A stretch of 64,000 bases of DNA from contig NC_087436.1 in the NCBI RefSeq assembly GCF_036321535.1, positions 106,580,001 through 106,644,000 of the forward strand, written 5' to 3'. This DNA is from Camelus dromedarius (lineage: Eukaryota). Positions 23,491-36,793 of this stretch are shown piece after piece (position 1 is the stretch's first letter; every line of letters begins with the position of its first letter). A program made the position numbers and the translations under genes. Below the pieces are notes generated by a model. The model did not search any database. It saw nothing but the letters and a program-made list of their open reading frames with translations, and had not been told where the DNA came from.

Positions 23491-26400
23491 TACTACAGCT
23501 ATTTCTATCTCACCAGATCATACATGGTACAAGGAATGAAAGTCAAGAGTCAGCATCCTTAGGGGAATTTTATTTCAGGAATGTGTGGTGATTTTTCCAG
23601 AATGCAACCTAAGGATCTTATTTGATTTCCACGAGACCTCAGTCCTTAGCCTGTGTCCTATTCATTTACATGCTTATGTTGCCAAAATGTAAGACCTACC
23701 CCTGAGCGCCCCTGCTCTGTACCGCTGGTCCCACTGCCGTCAAGGCATCACTGATATGTTGAAAAGGTGTGTTCCAGTTTGCTTTGCAGAGAATGAACTG
23801 ATGCCTCTTTGGTCCAAGATCAGGCACACTTTGAGTAACAGGACAGTAGAAACCAGTCAAAAGGACGAGGCTCTCGCCCCAGGGACTACAGTGATGGAAC
23901 CGCCAGCTGCCTTCCAGCCATTCTCTGCCTGCATTGTAGTCTTGAAATGGTTTGCATGACTATACAGCTTGACCAGAAAACTCCTGGATTTGCAAAACAT
24001 TTTATGTCATGCTTTGCCTTTTTAATAATAGGTGCAAGCTTTGAACTGTTCCCCCAAAGACAGACTTTGCCTTTGGAGATTTGGGGAAACACACACACAC
24101 ACGCACACACCTGTGTAGAAAAGCGTGAATGTATCACATTAAGGGTAAAGCCATTATAAACGTTGGTGCTATTAAATTCTGAAAATCAGGACTTGGAAAG
24201 GGGATGCCTCCTCTGCTGATTGCACTGTAACTGGTGCAGCTGTAATAGGCTCCAGACACTACTAGAATAGCAGATATCTGTGTGTGACTACAGAGGAATA
24301 TATAAGAAAGAAAAAGACAGATGGTGTACTTAGGTGCACTTAAGTCTGATTGCATGAGTTGATAATGAATGCTTAAATATGGCACTCCCATAAAATCAGA
24401 TACCTGTAGACAATACTGGAATAACTACAGACTTGCTAGAGGGAAAAAAAATGAAGTTGTGGATTCTAATTTTTGTTTTTGTCATTATTATGATTGTCTG
24501 TTTACTTGTATGGGGATTTTCGTAACTTTCTCAGAGCCTAATCATAAAACAAAAAACACAATCAGTAGCACAGAAAACAGATTCTTAGAAATGAGAGGAA
24601 ACTGAAAGATTGTTTCAGAGGTACGGCTGTACATGTCCAGATAGGCGACAAGACAAAGGTCAGACAATCCTTGGTGACAGATTGAGGATTAAAAGTCATG
24701 TCTCATATCTCCCTGCCTAGTCATCATCCCACCACAAAGGGCCATGCTTTCTCTCCAAGGAGATTATGTTAAAATATAAACCAAGCATGAATCATAAAAA
24801 AAATACAACCAACATTCTTCAGTGAGAGATAGTCTTCCACTCCAACGAACATCTTCAGTTTACGTATTTCATTGGCTCCAAAGCAGATTAAGTAACAGTT
24901 TTTTAAAAACTTAGTCAAAGCTGGATTTTATATTGGTGATTATGTACTCAATTTTCTAAAGGGACTCCATTTTTAACATCTTTCCTGCATATGCTGTCCA
25001 AACAATTCTCCAGTTAGACTATTAGAAGTCCAAAAAGTCAAAAGTCAAAAATCTTGCTTAGATCTGATGCCCAAAGATGACTGTGGTGCCAGGTGATTCT
25101 TGAAAAGGGTGCTGTCTTCACCTGTGCCTAGGGATGGCAAGTGAACTGATGGAGGTAATCCCCATCCGAAATTCACGCTTCACACAGAAAGTAGACATCG
25201 ATCAGAAGCTGTAAATAAATTGGACCTGGCATCTTAAGTGCCTTAAATGTTTGAAGTTAAACCTTCAATTGCATCCTTATTCTTAAAGGAAGTGGGTGAA
25301 CCTCCCATCAAAGAGACTGGTGGCATAATCAAGATGAGTAATGCTGCCGAATTCTGAAAGGACTTTACAATCTGAGCTGGAAAGATGGTCCCTGGTGCAG
25401 GAAGCATGGAAAGTCCACATGTCACTTAGCATGAGCAGGAATCTAAGTGGTGAAAGGTGCATATACTTTAAAATCAGACGGTGCTGACAGATATTGGAAA
25501 TTCTTTGCATGTTGGTGGAAACACTTTTCAATCGCTGTCTCAAAACTAGGTCCACATCAGGCTGTTGCAGATTTTGCTGGAACACAGAAGATTTTGAATA
25601 TTACTCTTCGAAAAAGAAGGGAAAGGACCACTTCATAGACAACTTATAATTACTTTGTAATTCTTAATTTCTATGGTATATCATTGTGTAAATACAATTA
25701 TAAAATTCCTTATAATTCCCACAGGAATAGATATATTTAGTAAACAAATATGATACAAATGTCAGCTCTCTAGCTTCCAAAGGGTTTGCTTTTTGCAACC
25801 CATCAAAATGACAAAAAGGACAATTAATTACAGTTTTCAAGGGTGAGGTAAATACCATAAAACTTGTACACGTTCCTAGCAGACTGCAACAGAGGAAGTG
25901 ATGTCAGGAGCAAAAGAGAAATTTTGAAAATTTCTGGAAGCCAGAAAGCACATAGAATCAGACTGACGTGATAATTAGAACAGAGATAATCATCAATATG
26001 GCAGTAGGAGCAGTTCTTGCCAACATGGACCGAGAGAAAGCTTAGCTCACAATTCAGGTACAGAGAGAGCATGAGTAGTCAGTGGGGTGATGATGTAGGG
26101 AAGTGTTAAGGCGTGACTGTGGAAGAGTTGGTCCAGTTGTGCTCCTCCCAGAGTATAACAGTGGCCCCTTGCAGCACAGGACTCTTAGCTAAAACCAAGA
26201 GGTATTCTTGATGAGAATTTCCCTGATGAAGGTAAGCCAATCAGAGCATGTTGTGATTTCAGACTTTCATAGTGGACCTGAAAGACTCAAAATAATAATA
26301 ATAATGGAAAAAGGAAAGACAGCACTATCCTACCCAGTGTTCAAAGTGTGAAAGGCGTTGATAAGTTTCTCATCCAGATTAAAGGCATCTTTTCCCTGAC

Positions 26401-28039
26401 AATTAGGGAGGGAGGGGGCTGGTTTTGCACCTGTTCTGAGAAGTTCCCTAGCTGGAAGGGAAGTCAGCTTGTCCATAAACCCGGTCTGCTAAATGCTGCA
26501 CTCAGCCAGTCCTCTCATTCAAGGGAGAGAATAAAAGAGGGAGGTCACAAATAAACTCACTTTAAATGGGAAAGTTGACATAAGCTCCAGAGGAAAAAAG
26601 TTTACAAATAGAATTTTCAAATTGAAATAAAATGGCTGATTTTTCTGGAAAAAATATTAATGACTGAAAAATCATAGAAAAAATTGAAAAATAGTCAGGG
26701 TCTCATGCTAACCTCCATCCTCAACAAAAGGCAATAAACAGTTTTACATGAGAGAACCATCAACATAAGCAAATAAATCCTTTATTTATGTGAAAATTAT
26801 CCCAAATCTTAGAAGAAAATGCAGAGCTTCTCAACTTATTTTATAATCCTACCATAGTCCTTTTAGCAACTCTGGAAAAATATAGATTTTTAAAGAAGAT
26901 AAAAGTACTGTGCAATCACATTTATATATATGAATATATATATAATATGTAAATAATTTTTGATTGAATATATATAAAATACATAAACAACTTTTGATTG
27001 AAATTTTGCAAACCAGACTCAGTAACATATTAAAAGAATGTGTCATGATTTATCATTATGTGACCAGAGTTATTTTAACAAAGGAAACGGCTAGCATATG
27101 TTGAGTTATAAACAGTTTATCCTAGTATGCTGTATAAATACTATTATTTTCTGTGTTTGCCATGGATGTAAAGACGTTTAAAACACCTTACTTTCATCTG
27201 AAAAACTTGTTATGTAATCATACGTAGAGGGTAGTTTTATTTATGCTTAAAATAATATGTTTGCCATGTGAATGTGTGTGTATGTGTGGGGTGTGTGTGT
27301 GTTTAAAAACAGATAAGAAAATATCTGGAAAGATAAACTTCAGTATAATAACAGGGGATACTCTGAGGAGGGTTGTTCTATTTTTTGCTAAATGTGTTGT
27401 CTCTTGTCCATAGCAGAGTCATTGTCACATGGAAGTTCTCCATTTGTTAAACGGATGAATTAAATAAATTGAGTTGGGATTGAAATACAACATTTACTTT
27501 TTACTATAGGTATCTACGTGGCTTATATATTTTTAAATAAACATATATTTAATTGCATTAAAATAACATTAAAACTATATATGTTCACACAAATGTATTA
27601 TTTCCTAATGGTTATTTATTACCAAATATTTGTTGAGAAGGTTGTTCGTGCCAGGCACTACTCTAGACGCTTGAGATCAGCCAGTGAGCAAAACCAACAA
27701 AATAGATTCTGAATGCAATAATTTATTGATTGATTGATTATTTATAAATATGATTATTTAATCTCTTATTAATCCATAAACTGGTCACGTAATCTGTTTC
27801 AGATATTCTGTTCGGAGGAATCTCTTGAATCTTACAAAATTAAAATTTCTCTTAATTATCTTTTCCTGTTTGTCTATGAGGGAAGCTCACAGAAACCAGT
27901 TAGGAAAGTGAGTTTTCATATTCATTGTTATTGGGCAAAATATAGGCATGTATTTTAGAACTTTCTGTTAAAAGACAGCATGAGTCAATTCTGAGAGAAG
28001 GATGATATGCTGCTTATAGTCTATATAAATAGAAAAATG

Positions 28040-30200
28040 CAAATCTCTCTAACAAAGAGGGGATGGATCGAAGAACATTGAGTCTGAAATCAGATTGACC
28101 TGACTGTCAACGCTGTGTTGTATGTGAGCATGTTTCTGGGGGGCAGGATTTCACACCCTGATAAGGGTTCAGCTCACATCTGCTAGGAGGGCTCTTGGAG
28201 CTTGGAGAAAGATGTGATGCACATTAAGTGAAGTAGAAATGCCATAACTCAGAGAGCTTCAAGACGTGGGCATGTTAGAGCAGGTGTAAAACTGAAAACC
28301 TCACTGGGCGACGATGCTTCACAGGAAAGCCCAGAGGACACTTTGTTTGCCAAATTAATGAGGAGTTCACTGGTAAAAAGGGTATCAGCAGCACTAAGAA
28401 ACTCAGTAATGGTTTTCCTCTGAGATGACATCATCCCTGGACATTGGGAGGTGATACAAAATTGACTCTTTTATAGCATTGGGACTGATAGGGTCTCGAA
28501 TAAAAGATGCCAGGTGGCAGTGCTTAATTCTCAGCCAAGGTGTGGAATTATCATAATGTACAGCAGGGTTGGAGAGGCAGCCAGGAAGGCCTGACATATA
28601 GGGAGCTATGAAAAGTGTAAAAAGAACAGTAGTCAAAGCACACTGTGCAGTCTTTACTAGCAGAAGAAATCAAGTTTGGGTGATGAAAGTACTGAGCTCT
28701 TCCTCAGCTTTTAAATAGAAGCCGATTTTCACATCTGAAGTCCACTGTCTGAAGGAGAGGCCAGATCATCAGGAGGAATGATCCTAGAAAACTAGGTCAA
28801 GTCTACAGTAACGTTTCCCCAATGCTTCCCAAAGGGGCTGCCAGACATCCACAACAGGGAAAGAGGACTGCCTAAATGTTTCAGGAACAGAGGATGTGAG
28901 TTAGTATCCAGGTTTCATGACTCCCCTGGTAAAGTGGAACTATATGGCCAAGTAATAAATAATGTTCTGGCTCACGGCGTGTCCAGTGTGTCCAAAGACA
29001 CACCCAGTGGTTATCTCCCAGCCCCTGAATAAATAATAAAACAGATAAACTCATTTTAGTTCCTTTGTTGTGGAATGGGAGCTATTGTAGCAAAGAAGGC
29101 CAAGCAAAGTCTCTGAAACTGAACCTCTCTCTTGCCCAGACAGCTACCCCCACAAAAAAAAATCAGGAAAAGGGCAGAAATTAGTGCCACCTGAAGACGA
29201 AAAGAATATAGGGTATGCATCTTATCATGTCTCCCTTTATTTCACCAGTCCCTACCTTATAAAAGTCAGATGAATTCTGCAAGGTAATAGTAGGTTACTG
29301 TCAACACAATTGAGTAGTATCCCGGTTGCCAATATGGCCCCAGATGTGGCATGTTTGCTAGAACAGATCAAAATAGCCTCAAGTACATGATATTCAGCCA
29401 TTGATCTAGTAAATAATTTTTGTTTTTCCCATCGCTATCAAAAGAGTGGATCAAAAGAAGTTTACGTTCGAGTAAAAGACATAACAGTATGCATTTACAG
29501 TCGTGCCCCAGAGCTATGTGAAAACTCTCCTATGTTCTGTCAAAATATAGGTTGAAGAAAGCTGGACGATCTTGACACACCTCAGAGCATCCCACTTGTC
29601 CACGCCATAATGACATCATGCTATTTGACACAAATGAGCAAGACGTGGCAAGTAGATTAGAAGTCTCAGTAAGACACGGTGCCCTGGAGGAAACAGCAGG
29701 TGACGTGATGAAGATCCAGGAGATTGGTATATCAGTGAAAAATTGTAGGATTCCGATCGTCTGGGACATGCTGTGACATACCTCCCAAACTAAAAGACAG
29801 ATGCTTGTATTTTCTACCTCACTCAGTGATGAAGGAAGCACAATATCTCATAGATGTTCTCAGGTTCTGGAGAAAGCCAATACCATACTTGGGATTGTTG
29901 CTTTAACCCAGACCCTGAATGACCCAAAAGGCAAACATACCGATGGGGCCCAGAAGGAAAAAGAATTCTGGTGCAGGTTCCGGCTCCACGCAAGTGGCCC
30001 TGCTGCTTGCATTGCATGACTTGGCTGATTCTGAATACTAAAGAGTATTCTATTCATGTTTGTAAAAGATACTGATGGAGTTTATTGCAAAGTTCAGGGA
30101 TGTGGATTGGCTCATTTCACCCAGTAAACCGCCCAGACCAGCTAAAGGTCCTAGCCAAAACAGAAAAATTTAGAATCAGGTGGTAGAGAAAATAAATGAT
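28040..30200 (+). mobile_element. Decayed class III (ERVL/ERV3-16-like) endogenous retrovirus internal region, gag and pol (RT) remnants
   Basis: Frameshifted translation gives PEDTLFAKLMRSSLVKRVSAALRNSVMVFL (gag-like) and PDVACLLEQIKIASST*YSAIDL, QYAFTVVPQSY, HNDIMLFDTNEQDVASRLEVSVRH. These resemble ERVL RT (PDVVSLLEQINT..WYAAIDL, QYTFTVLPQGY, YIDDIMLIG..EQEVA). Many stops. Confidence 0.85.
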
Positions 30201-30799
30201 GATGTACTTCAGAGTCATTTGATAACTTAAAAAAATAAATTAGAATCTTTCTGAATTTTAGTTTACAGACTTGGAAAATAGTATTAATTTTGAACCACAA
30301 TGCTAGTGGAAAGAATATGATTTAGGGTCATTAAAGTCAGACAGAATCCTGCAGCCATGAGGATCCAAGTTGTGTTATGCACCCACTAACTATCATAGGA
30401 TTTTATTTAAACCTTCTAAGTGGCTGGGCGTAGATATGATGATCTCAAATGAACAAAAGTGGGATCCAAAGTTTCAGGAGGTGACTAGACGAATTCACAG
30501 AGCTGAAACCATTTGGCTGGCTGACTCTTTTGTTCATTTAGTTGCTCATCTTCCTTTCCTGCTGAGAATTCACCCTTGATGACTGGAGAATAAATTGTAG
30601 TCATCAATTCCCCACGTATGAATTTGGCTTTGTATATTTCAAGGTCCACTAGTGCTTTCAAAATCACGGAAAAATAATTGCTTTATAGTCACCTTTGTAT
30701 TCACCAGAATAAAAAAAAAATCCTGATTTGTTTGGTTCTTGGTAATTACATTATAGGGGGTTACTCTGAACAACAGTAACAAGGGCAACAACAATAATA

Positions 30800-31020
30800 A
30801 TAAAACTAAATGCGCAGAGTGCATTTTGTGTACAAGGGACTGTTCTAAGGAATTTTCATGTATAATTTATTTAATCCTCAAAATAGATATTGAAAGTAAA
30901 CACAAATATCACACCTATTTATTATTGGGGAGAATTGAAAACACAGGGCTTAAAAAGTTTATTCAAATCGCTGCAACTAGAAAATGGTAGAAATGTGTTT
31001 TGAACTCGCACTATCGAGCT
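30800..31020 (-). mobile_element. MIR SINE
   Basis: actgttctaagg...atttaatcctcaaaa...tttgaactc. Confidence 0.7.
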
Positions 31021-31264
31021 GCTTTGAACATACCCACAATCACATGCCGTAGTGCAGGAATGACCGCCAAGTCGGGCACAACCTAAATCCATGCAGCTCT
31101 GAGTGACTCTCAGTTCTCTTCAAGGGGTTATGTAAGGGTTACAAACTATTGGAAGACCAGGATTTGAAGTGGTGTATATGGTGATTGCAAAAAGAGCTTT
31201 CTATTTGATAGTAAAATTAGAGTTTATTTTCTCTGCTTTTCAAATTATATTGCTAACCTTGAGT

Positions 31265-31470
31265 GGTAGAATCAACATTATGTAGGAAAAAGGTCTAAGA
31301 GATTGGTACTTCAATCCCAGTCTTCCCACCAATAGCTGTGGAACCACAAGCAAATCACTTAACCTTATGTGACCAAGTTTTCTCATGTGCAAAGAGCTCT
31401 CAGGAGAATTTTTAACGATTAAATGGGTTAATATTTGTAAAGCACCATGCGGAATGTACTCATCCCTTCC
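31265..31470 (+). mobile_element. MIR SINE
   Basis: ttcaatcccagtctt...tagctgtg...caaatcacttaacct...ttttctcatgtgcaaa...attaaatgggttaatatttgtaaagcac. Confidence 0.8.
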
Positions 31471-31749
31471 AACAAGCAAAGGAACAAACAAACAACAACA
31501 GCAACAACAAGAGAAGAATGAGTGATTTCCTGGGTTAGAGTAATCTTACCTGACCAAAGGCATCCGTTGGAATTTCTGTCCTCAGTAATGTTTTAAACAT
31601 CTCTGGGGCAGTTGTAGTAGACAGAAATATGCATAAGCATTTAAATGTGGGGAGGAATTCCACTGTCTACTTTTTATAGTTCTATGAGGTTTCCCAGAAT
31701 AGCTCTGTTCCTTTGTATTCTATGGTGAATTAAACACCAGGCTTTTAAA

Positions 31750-32335
31750 AAATCCATTTTTCCTTCTGATACCAAGAACATAATTTTCCTTTGGAGAAAC
31801 ACCAGTCAGCCACTCTCAGCACATGCAGTTATTGGGAAGGTGGGCTAAACTTGCTCTTAACTCCTTGGGGGAGCAATTTGAGTGGGGCATTAGAGGTGAC
31901 CTATGTCTGACCAACCAAAGAACCACATTCCTCTGGACACGGCGATTGGTCCAGAGATGAACATATGAACCAAACCAGACCAATCTGAGTCAATAAGATT
32001 CATCCTGGACTTCTTTGAAAACTATTGGGAAAGAAACACACTCTTTCTACTGACATGGCTGGGAGGAGAGGATAAGAATCTAACCTTGGGGCTGCTGGCC
32101 TTCAAGAATGAAGACCCTGCCTGACAGTGGAAACAATACAGAAGAAAGCAGAGTACAGAGAAGGATAAAGATTGAGTCCTGAGGATACCATCGATCTCCT
32201 GTGGATCCATCTGTATCTGAAGCCAGAATATGACCAAAATTTTCAGTTACCAGAGCCAACAGATAATCATTTCTCCCCTAAACTAGTAAAATTGGTACTA
32301 TATCATTGGTACTATATCATTGTCACTAAACTATA
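31750..32335 (+). mobile_element. MLT1K-like MaLR LTR
   Basis: cattcctctggacacggcgattggtccagagatgaacatatga; cagaagaaagcagag; ctgaagccag...ttttcagttac..gagccaa. Confidence 0.75.
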
Positions 32336-33349
32336 TAAAGATAGTTACTGTCTTGGCTTTCAAGGGTTAGAACTGCAAAATGCACTTGAAATGCTCAGCA
32401 CTATTGGTAACAAATATTCCAAGCCTTTCAGACTGTTCAGCTATGCTCTCTATGCCTGTTTCAGTTGAGTGCTTGCTCTCAAGATCTAACTAGTGAACTG
32501 CTTTGCCCAACTTCTGGTCTTGCCACTCTGCCTTTCCCTTAAGAATCTAGCATTTGAGCTCTTTATAACAGAGTGGCAAGATTGTTTTGCATAAACACAC
32601 ATGACTTTTTCCAACTCATTCCCAAAAGAGTCCTTTCCATCAGTGCATAGAGATGCCCATGGCATATGGTTCCAACTACACTATTACATTCACTCCCTAC
32701 AGAGATTCTCTGGGTCAGCTCCTGGAGACAGTAATTACTCCTTGCATGGAAGTAGCTGTTTATCACTCAGGGGCTTTTGTAATTGATGTTTCTTACACCG
32801 TGTTTCTTTCTTTTTTAGAGATGCCTCAGAGAACTGCAGACTACTTTTTGTAGGTAACATTTGCTTTTTTTTGGCTTATTTAAATTTTTTAAGCAAATAT
32901 CATTTTTGATGAATTTGGCCCATTATTACAAAGACCCTGAATTCACATTAGACTTATTGCCTTGATAATGATAGATAACCTTTTGAAAAGAGTCACTGGG
33001 TATTATGGGAAAGGGAACCATATTTAATTATTTACAATTAGGACATAATCTCCTAAAATTGCAAAGTAGCTCATTAATATGAAGATCCAAAAACCTATAT
33101 TACAGGCAAAGTATTTATTTTGTTGGGATTTGAAGACTCATCTTTTTATTTTTTAGGCAAACTACCATGTTGCCTCAAAATATTAACACAAGGAAATGTC
33201 ATTTGTTCCCACCTCTTTAGAATACTGTATTTAACATTCCACAGACTTGAGGCTCATAATAACCGTGCAAGCTGAAATTACCGGGGCAGCTTTTTAGCTG
33301 GCCTAATGTGAGCATAGGAGAGGAAGTTTTAAGTATGTGCCCATCTGAT

Positions 33350-33640
33350 AGAGGACCTTATTTGAAGAACATTATAGCTAAATTGGAGAAAGCATAGGGC
33401 AACAAAAATGATAAATGGAATGGAAGGGATTACTGAACATATGAGAAAAGATTAAGAAAAATGGGGTTGTTTAGTCTTGAAAGAAGATGAGTCTGAGGTG
33501 AATTGATTGAGGAATTTGAGCTAGCTAAGGGCCACAATGCAATTAAATTTGATCCATTTGAAGGTGTACCTTCAAGCAGAAATGTATGAAAGGCAAATTA
33601 AAGGGCTCTTATTTTACACAAAGTGTAGCGATAAGCAAAG
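33350..33640 (+). mobile_element. CR1/L3 LINE ORF2 3' relic
   Basis: Frameshifted translation PYLKNIIAKLEK / RATKMINGMEG / YEKRLRKMGLFSLERR*V*GELIEEF matches the CR1 C-terminal motif (RATKM.KG.E..SYEERL..LGLFSLEKRRLRGDLI). Confidence 0.75.
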
Positions 33641-35229
33641 AAAGGATTTGTAAGTACTAAGCTAAAATAAAATTGTATTACCATACTTAAGAAAATATTT
33701 GTACTGGTTAATTGAAGACTCACAAAAGCAAAGTAGAAAGACAATGGGAATAAGCATCTAAGATCTTGATGTGTTTTTTAAAGGAAAACACTCATATTTA
33801 TTATTTTCTATTTGTATTTTTTTGGAATCAAGACATTTTGGCTGAATTCTAACTTACTCACATGCTATCTAATTGATTCTGTGCTTTGGTTTCCTTATTT
33901 ACTAAAGAAGTGGCAGAAGTAATATTTACCCTTTTTTATTATGTATTAAATAACTAAAAATGATTTGCCAATCCATTTAGATGACACAATATGTATTATA
34001 TATGTATATGTTATATTTATCAGAGGTTTTTTACCAATGTAAATATAGCCAAGGAGTTTTGAGAAGGAATAAATGTTGTAGAAAACCCTTTGTAAGGAAT
34101 TAAAATAATTTACTTGTCCTCTCTATTTAGTTCCAAAACAACCTGAGGCAGCAATCAAGAATATATAAAATAAACTAAAATATTCAAAGTAGGTGCAGTA
34201 GGAAAAAAATTCAGAAACACAAAATGTAGTGCGGGAGAAGGCTAAATCATGTATCATGTGGATTTAATTTGGATAGACCACAAACTTTCCTCTAAGTTTC
34301 CTCTTAACCAAATGGAAAAAAAACCAAAACCAAACCCTGAGATGTCAAAGTATTCTAAATTCAGAATAAAAACAAACAAACAAACAAGACCAACCAATAT
34401 GGCAAAGAATAACCATTGCTGGTACTGTGGCCAAAGGAGTATGTTTTCTGAATGCTGTGCTAGAGAGAACATTATCATCATAATAAACACGTTCCTCAAA
34501 CATGTCAAATAAAACACATCATGATACTTTTATAGGACTATTTATTTTAATGTTCAGCAGGGTAAACAGTTGGCATAAATCAAAGCATAATTCATTAAAT
34601 GCAGTTCCAATGAACATTGTGTAGATTGACCAAAGTACCCAGTTCTTTTTTGAACTATAAATAACAAATTCTGTATTCTGTTAATTCTGTTTCTAACAAT
34701 TAACATGAATATCTAGCATTTGCCAACATTAGGTTATAAAGCATAGTTTCTTAGTCACACACGGAAATAAAGCATAGTCTCTTAGTCAATTCTACTTCTG
34801 GATTTAATGGAATAGTTGGTATTAGGCTAAATGTCTCACCAAGACCAACTATAAAATCTGGACAAAATACAAAGGAAAAAAAAAAAAAAAACCCAGCTAT
34901 TTGAAGACATAGAGAACAACCAAGGCAATCAGAATTTGAGAGACAAGATTTCAAGGAGATATTTCTAAGAGGCTGAAAAGCAAAGTAAAATATTAAGCAG
35001 TTTTATAATGATTGAGAGACAAAATTGAAATTTAGGGTAATGAAGGAAGAGAAGTCTAGGTAAACAGTCCAGAGTTTCCTGGGAGCTGGACAGGTCTATG
35101 CCTTGGGAGTAAGGGCAAATGACAATATACTAGCCTGGACTGATCAACATGATATGATCATATTCTAGCCAGTGGCCTAAAGGAAAATAAATCCTCTGTA
35201 GTATAACATCATCAGAACCTTTAAAATTA

Positions 35230-35288
35230 TTTTATGACATTTATTTAATTGAACGCTACTAGGATTGAATTAAATAAATGTCATAAAA
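35230..35288. repeat. Perfect 21-bp inverted repeat with 17-nt spacer
   Basis: TTTTATGACATTTATTTAATT (35230-35250) is the exact reverse complement of AATTAAATAAATGTCATAAAA (35268-35288). Confidence 0.95.
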
Positions 35289-36124
35289 CAATCAAATAAC
35301 CAAAAATAGGAGAAAGATAAAAAGCACAGAAAATAGAAAAGCAAACAAGCAAACAAAACCTTGGTTGCAACAATTATTAGAGTCATCCAACAGAAAATTT
35401 AAGATAACTAAGATTAATGTGTTAAAATGCATAGAAGAATAATATTGAAATTAAACTTAAGTATATAAATAAAATCAAATGGAAATCCTAGCAATAAAAA
35501 AGAAAATAGCAGATACTAAGAGGTCAATTGTTTATTTTAATAGAAGATTAAATACAATAGAACATAGGATTAGAAAATGGGAAGATAAAAGGGTAGGAAA
35601 TATCCATTTTTAGGCACAGGAGAAAAAAAGGTGAAATACAAGAAGCAGAGTACCAAACGTCTAGAATACAATAAAGATGTATAGTGTATAATATACTTGT
35701 AACTTAAGTCCCAAAATAGAGAAGAGAAAGAGAGAGAATGGGGAAAAATATTTTTAACAGATGCAAAAATGAGTTTAAAAAAAAAGAAAAACAGTTCTCA
35801 AAACCAACATGGGATAGGAAGCCACAGGTTTAAACAGCTTAGAGAAACCAAAGCAGGATAAATATAAAGAAAGCCTATCATAGTAAAATTGTCAAAAAAC
35901 AGGGACAAACAGAAAACCTAAGAGCAAGAGAACAAAGGACACATGATTTTCAAAGGAGGAACTCTAGAGATAAGCAATAAAGCTGACTTTTAAATGGAAA
36001 TGATGAAGCCAAAAGATAATGAAATGATTTTTCAACTGCTGAAAGAAAATACTCTCCAACCTAGAACACAATTGCCACCAAAAACATCCCTCAAAAGTGA
36101 CGGTTAGGGAAAGGCGTTTCTAAT

Positions 36125-36592
36125 GGTGTTAGTGTTCTGTTGCTGCCATCGCAAAGGTCCACAAATCTGGTCCCATAAACAATATAAATTTGTGATCATC
36201 TTATAGTTCTGTAGATTAGAAGTCGAATACCAGCTTTACTGAGTACAATCAAACCATTGGCAGGGTTCCCTCTGGAGACATTTCCTTGCCTTTTCAAGCT
36301 TCTAAAGGCCACTAATACTTCTTTGTCTGTGGCAATCTTGCTCTGTCTTTAAAACCAGCAGCAGTGGGCCAAGTCTTTTTACACTGACATCCTTTTGGTT
36401 CCCTGAATTTGAGAATCCACTTAAAGATGTATGTGATTAGATTAGACCTCTGGATAATCTCATCTCAAGGTGCATAACTGAGTCACATTTGCAAAGTCCC
36501 TTTTGTCATGAAAGATAATATATTGTAACATAGTCACAGGTCTGAGCATTAGGGTGTGACCACATTTGGGGGCCATTATTCTGCTTACCATA
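36125..36592 (-). mobile_element. MLT1C/D-like MaLR solo LTR
   Basis: cttgccttttcaagcttctaaaggcc; ggataatctcatctcaagg; tcacatttgcaaagtccctttt; ends gggggccattattctgcttaccata. Confidence 0.85.
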
Positions 36593-36793
36593 CAGAAAAA
36601 CAAGAACTTCAAAAATTTATTGCCAGTGGCCCTTCACTAACGTAAATACTAAAGGGAGTTATTCAAGAAGAGGGAAAATAATTATAATAATAAGCGTGGT
36701 AATTCAGGAAGGAACAAAAACCATCAAAAAGGTTAAGTATGTGGATAAGCATAACTGTTTCAAATCTTGAGGAACTGAGACATATGGAGAGTC

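Larger units (their letters stand above)
34780..36750 (+). mobile_element. Old L1M 5'/ORF1-region fragments interrupted by MLT1
   Basis: A-rich ORF1-like segments (aaatcaaatggaaatcctag, gctgacttt..aatggaaatgatgaagcc, ctgaaagaaa...caacctagaa); continues after the LTR at about 36593. Confidence 0.65.

Noticed and set aside
29530..30057. ORF cluster within the ERVL region
   Set aside because: Mostly antisense or out of frame relative to the decayed pol; no intact retroviral ORF
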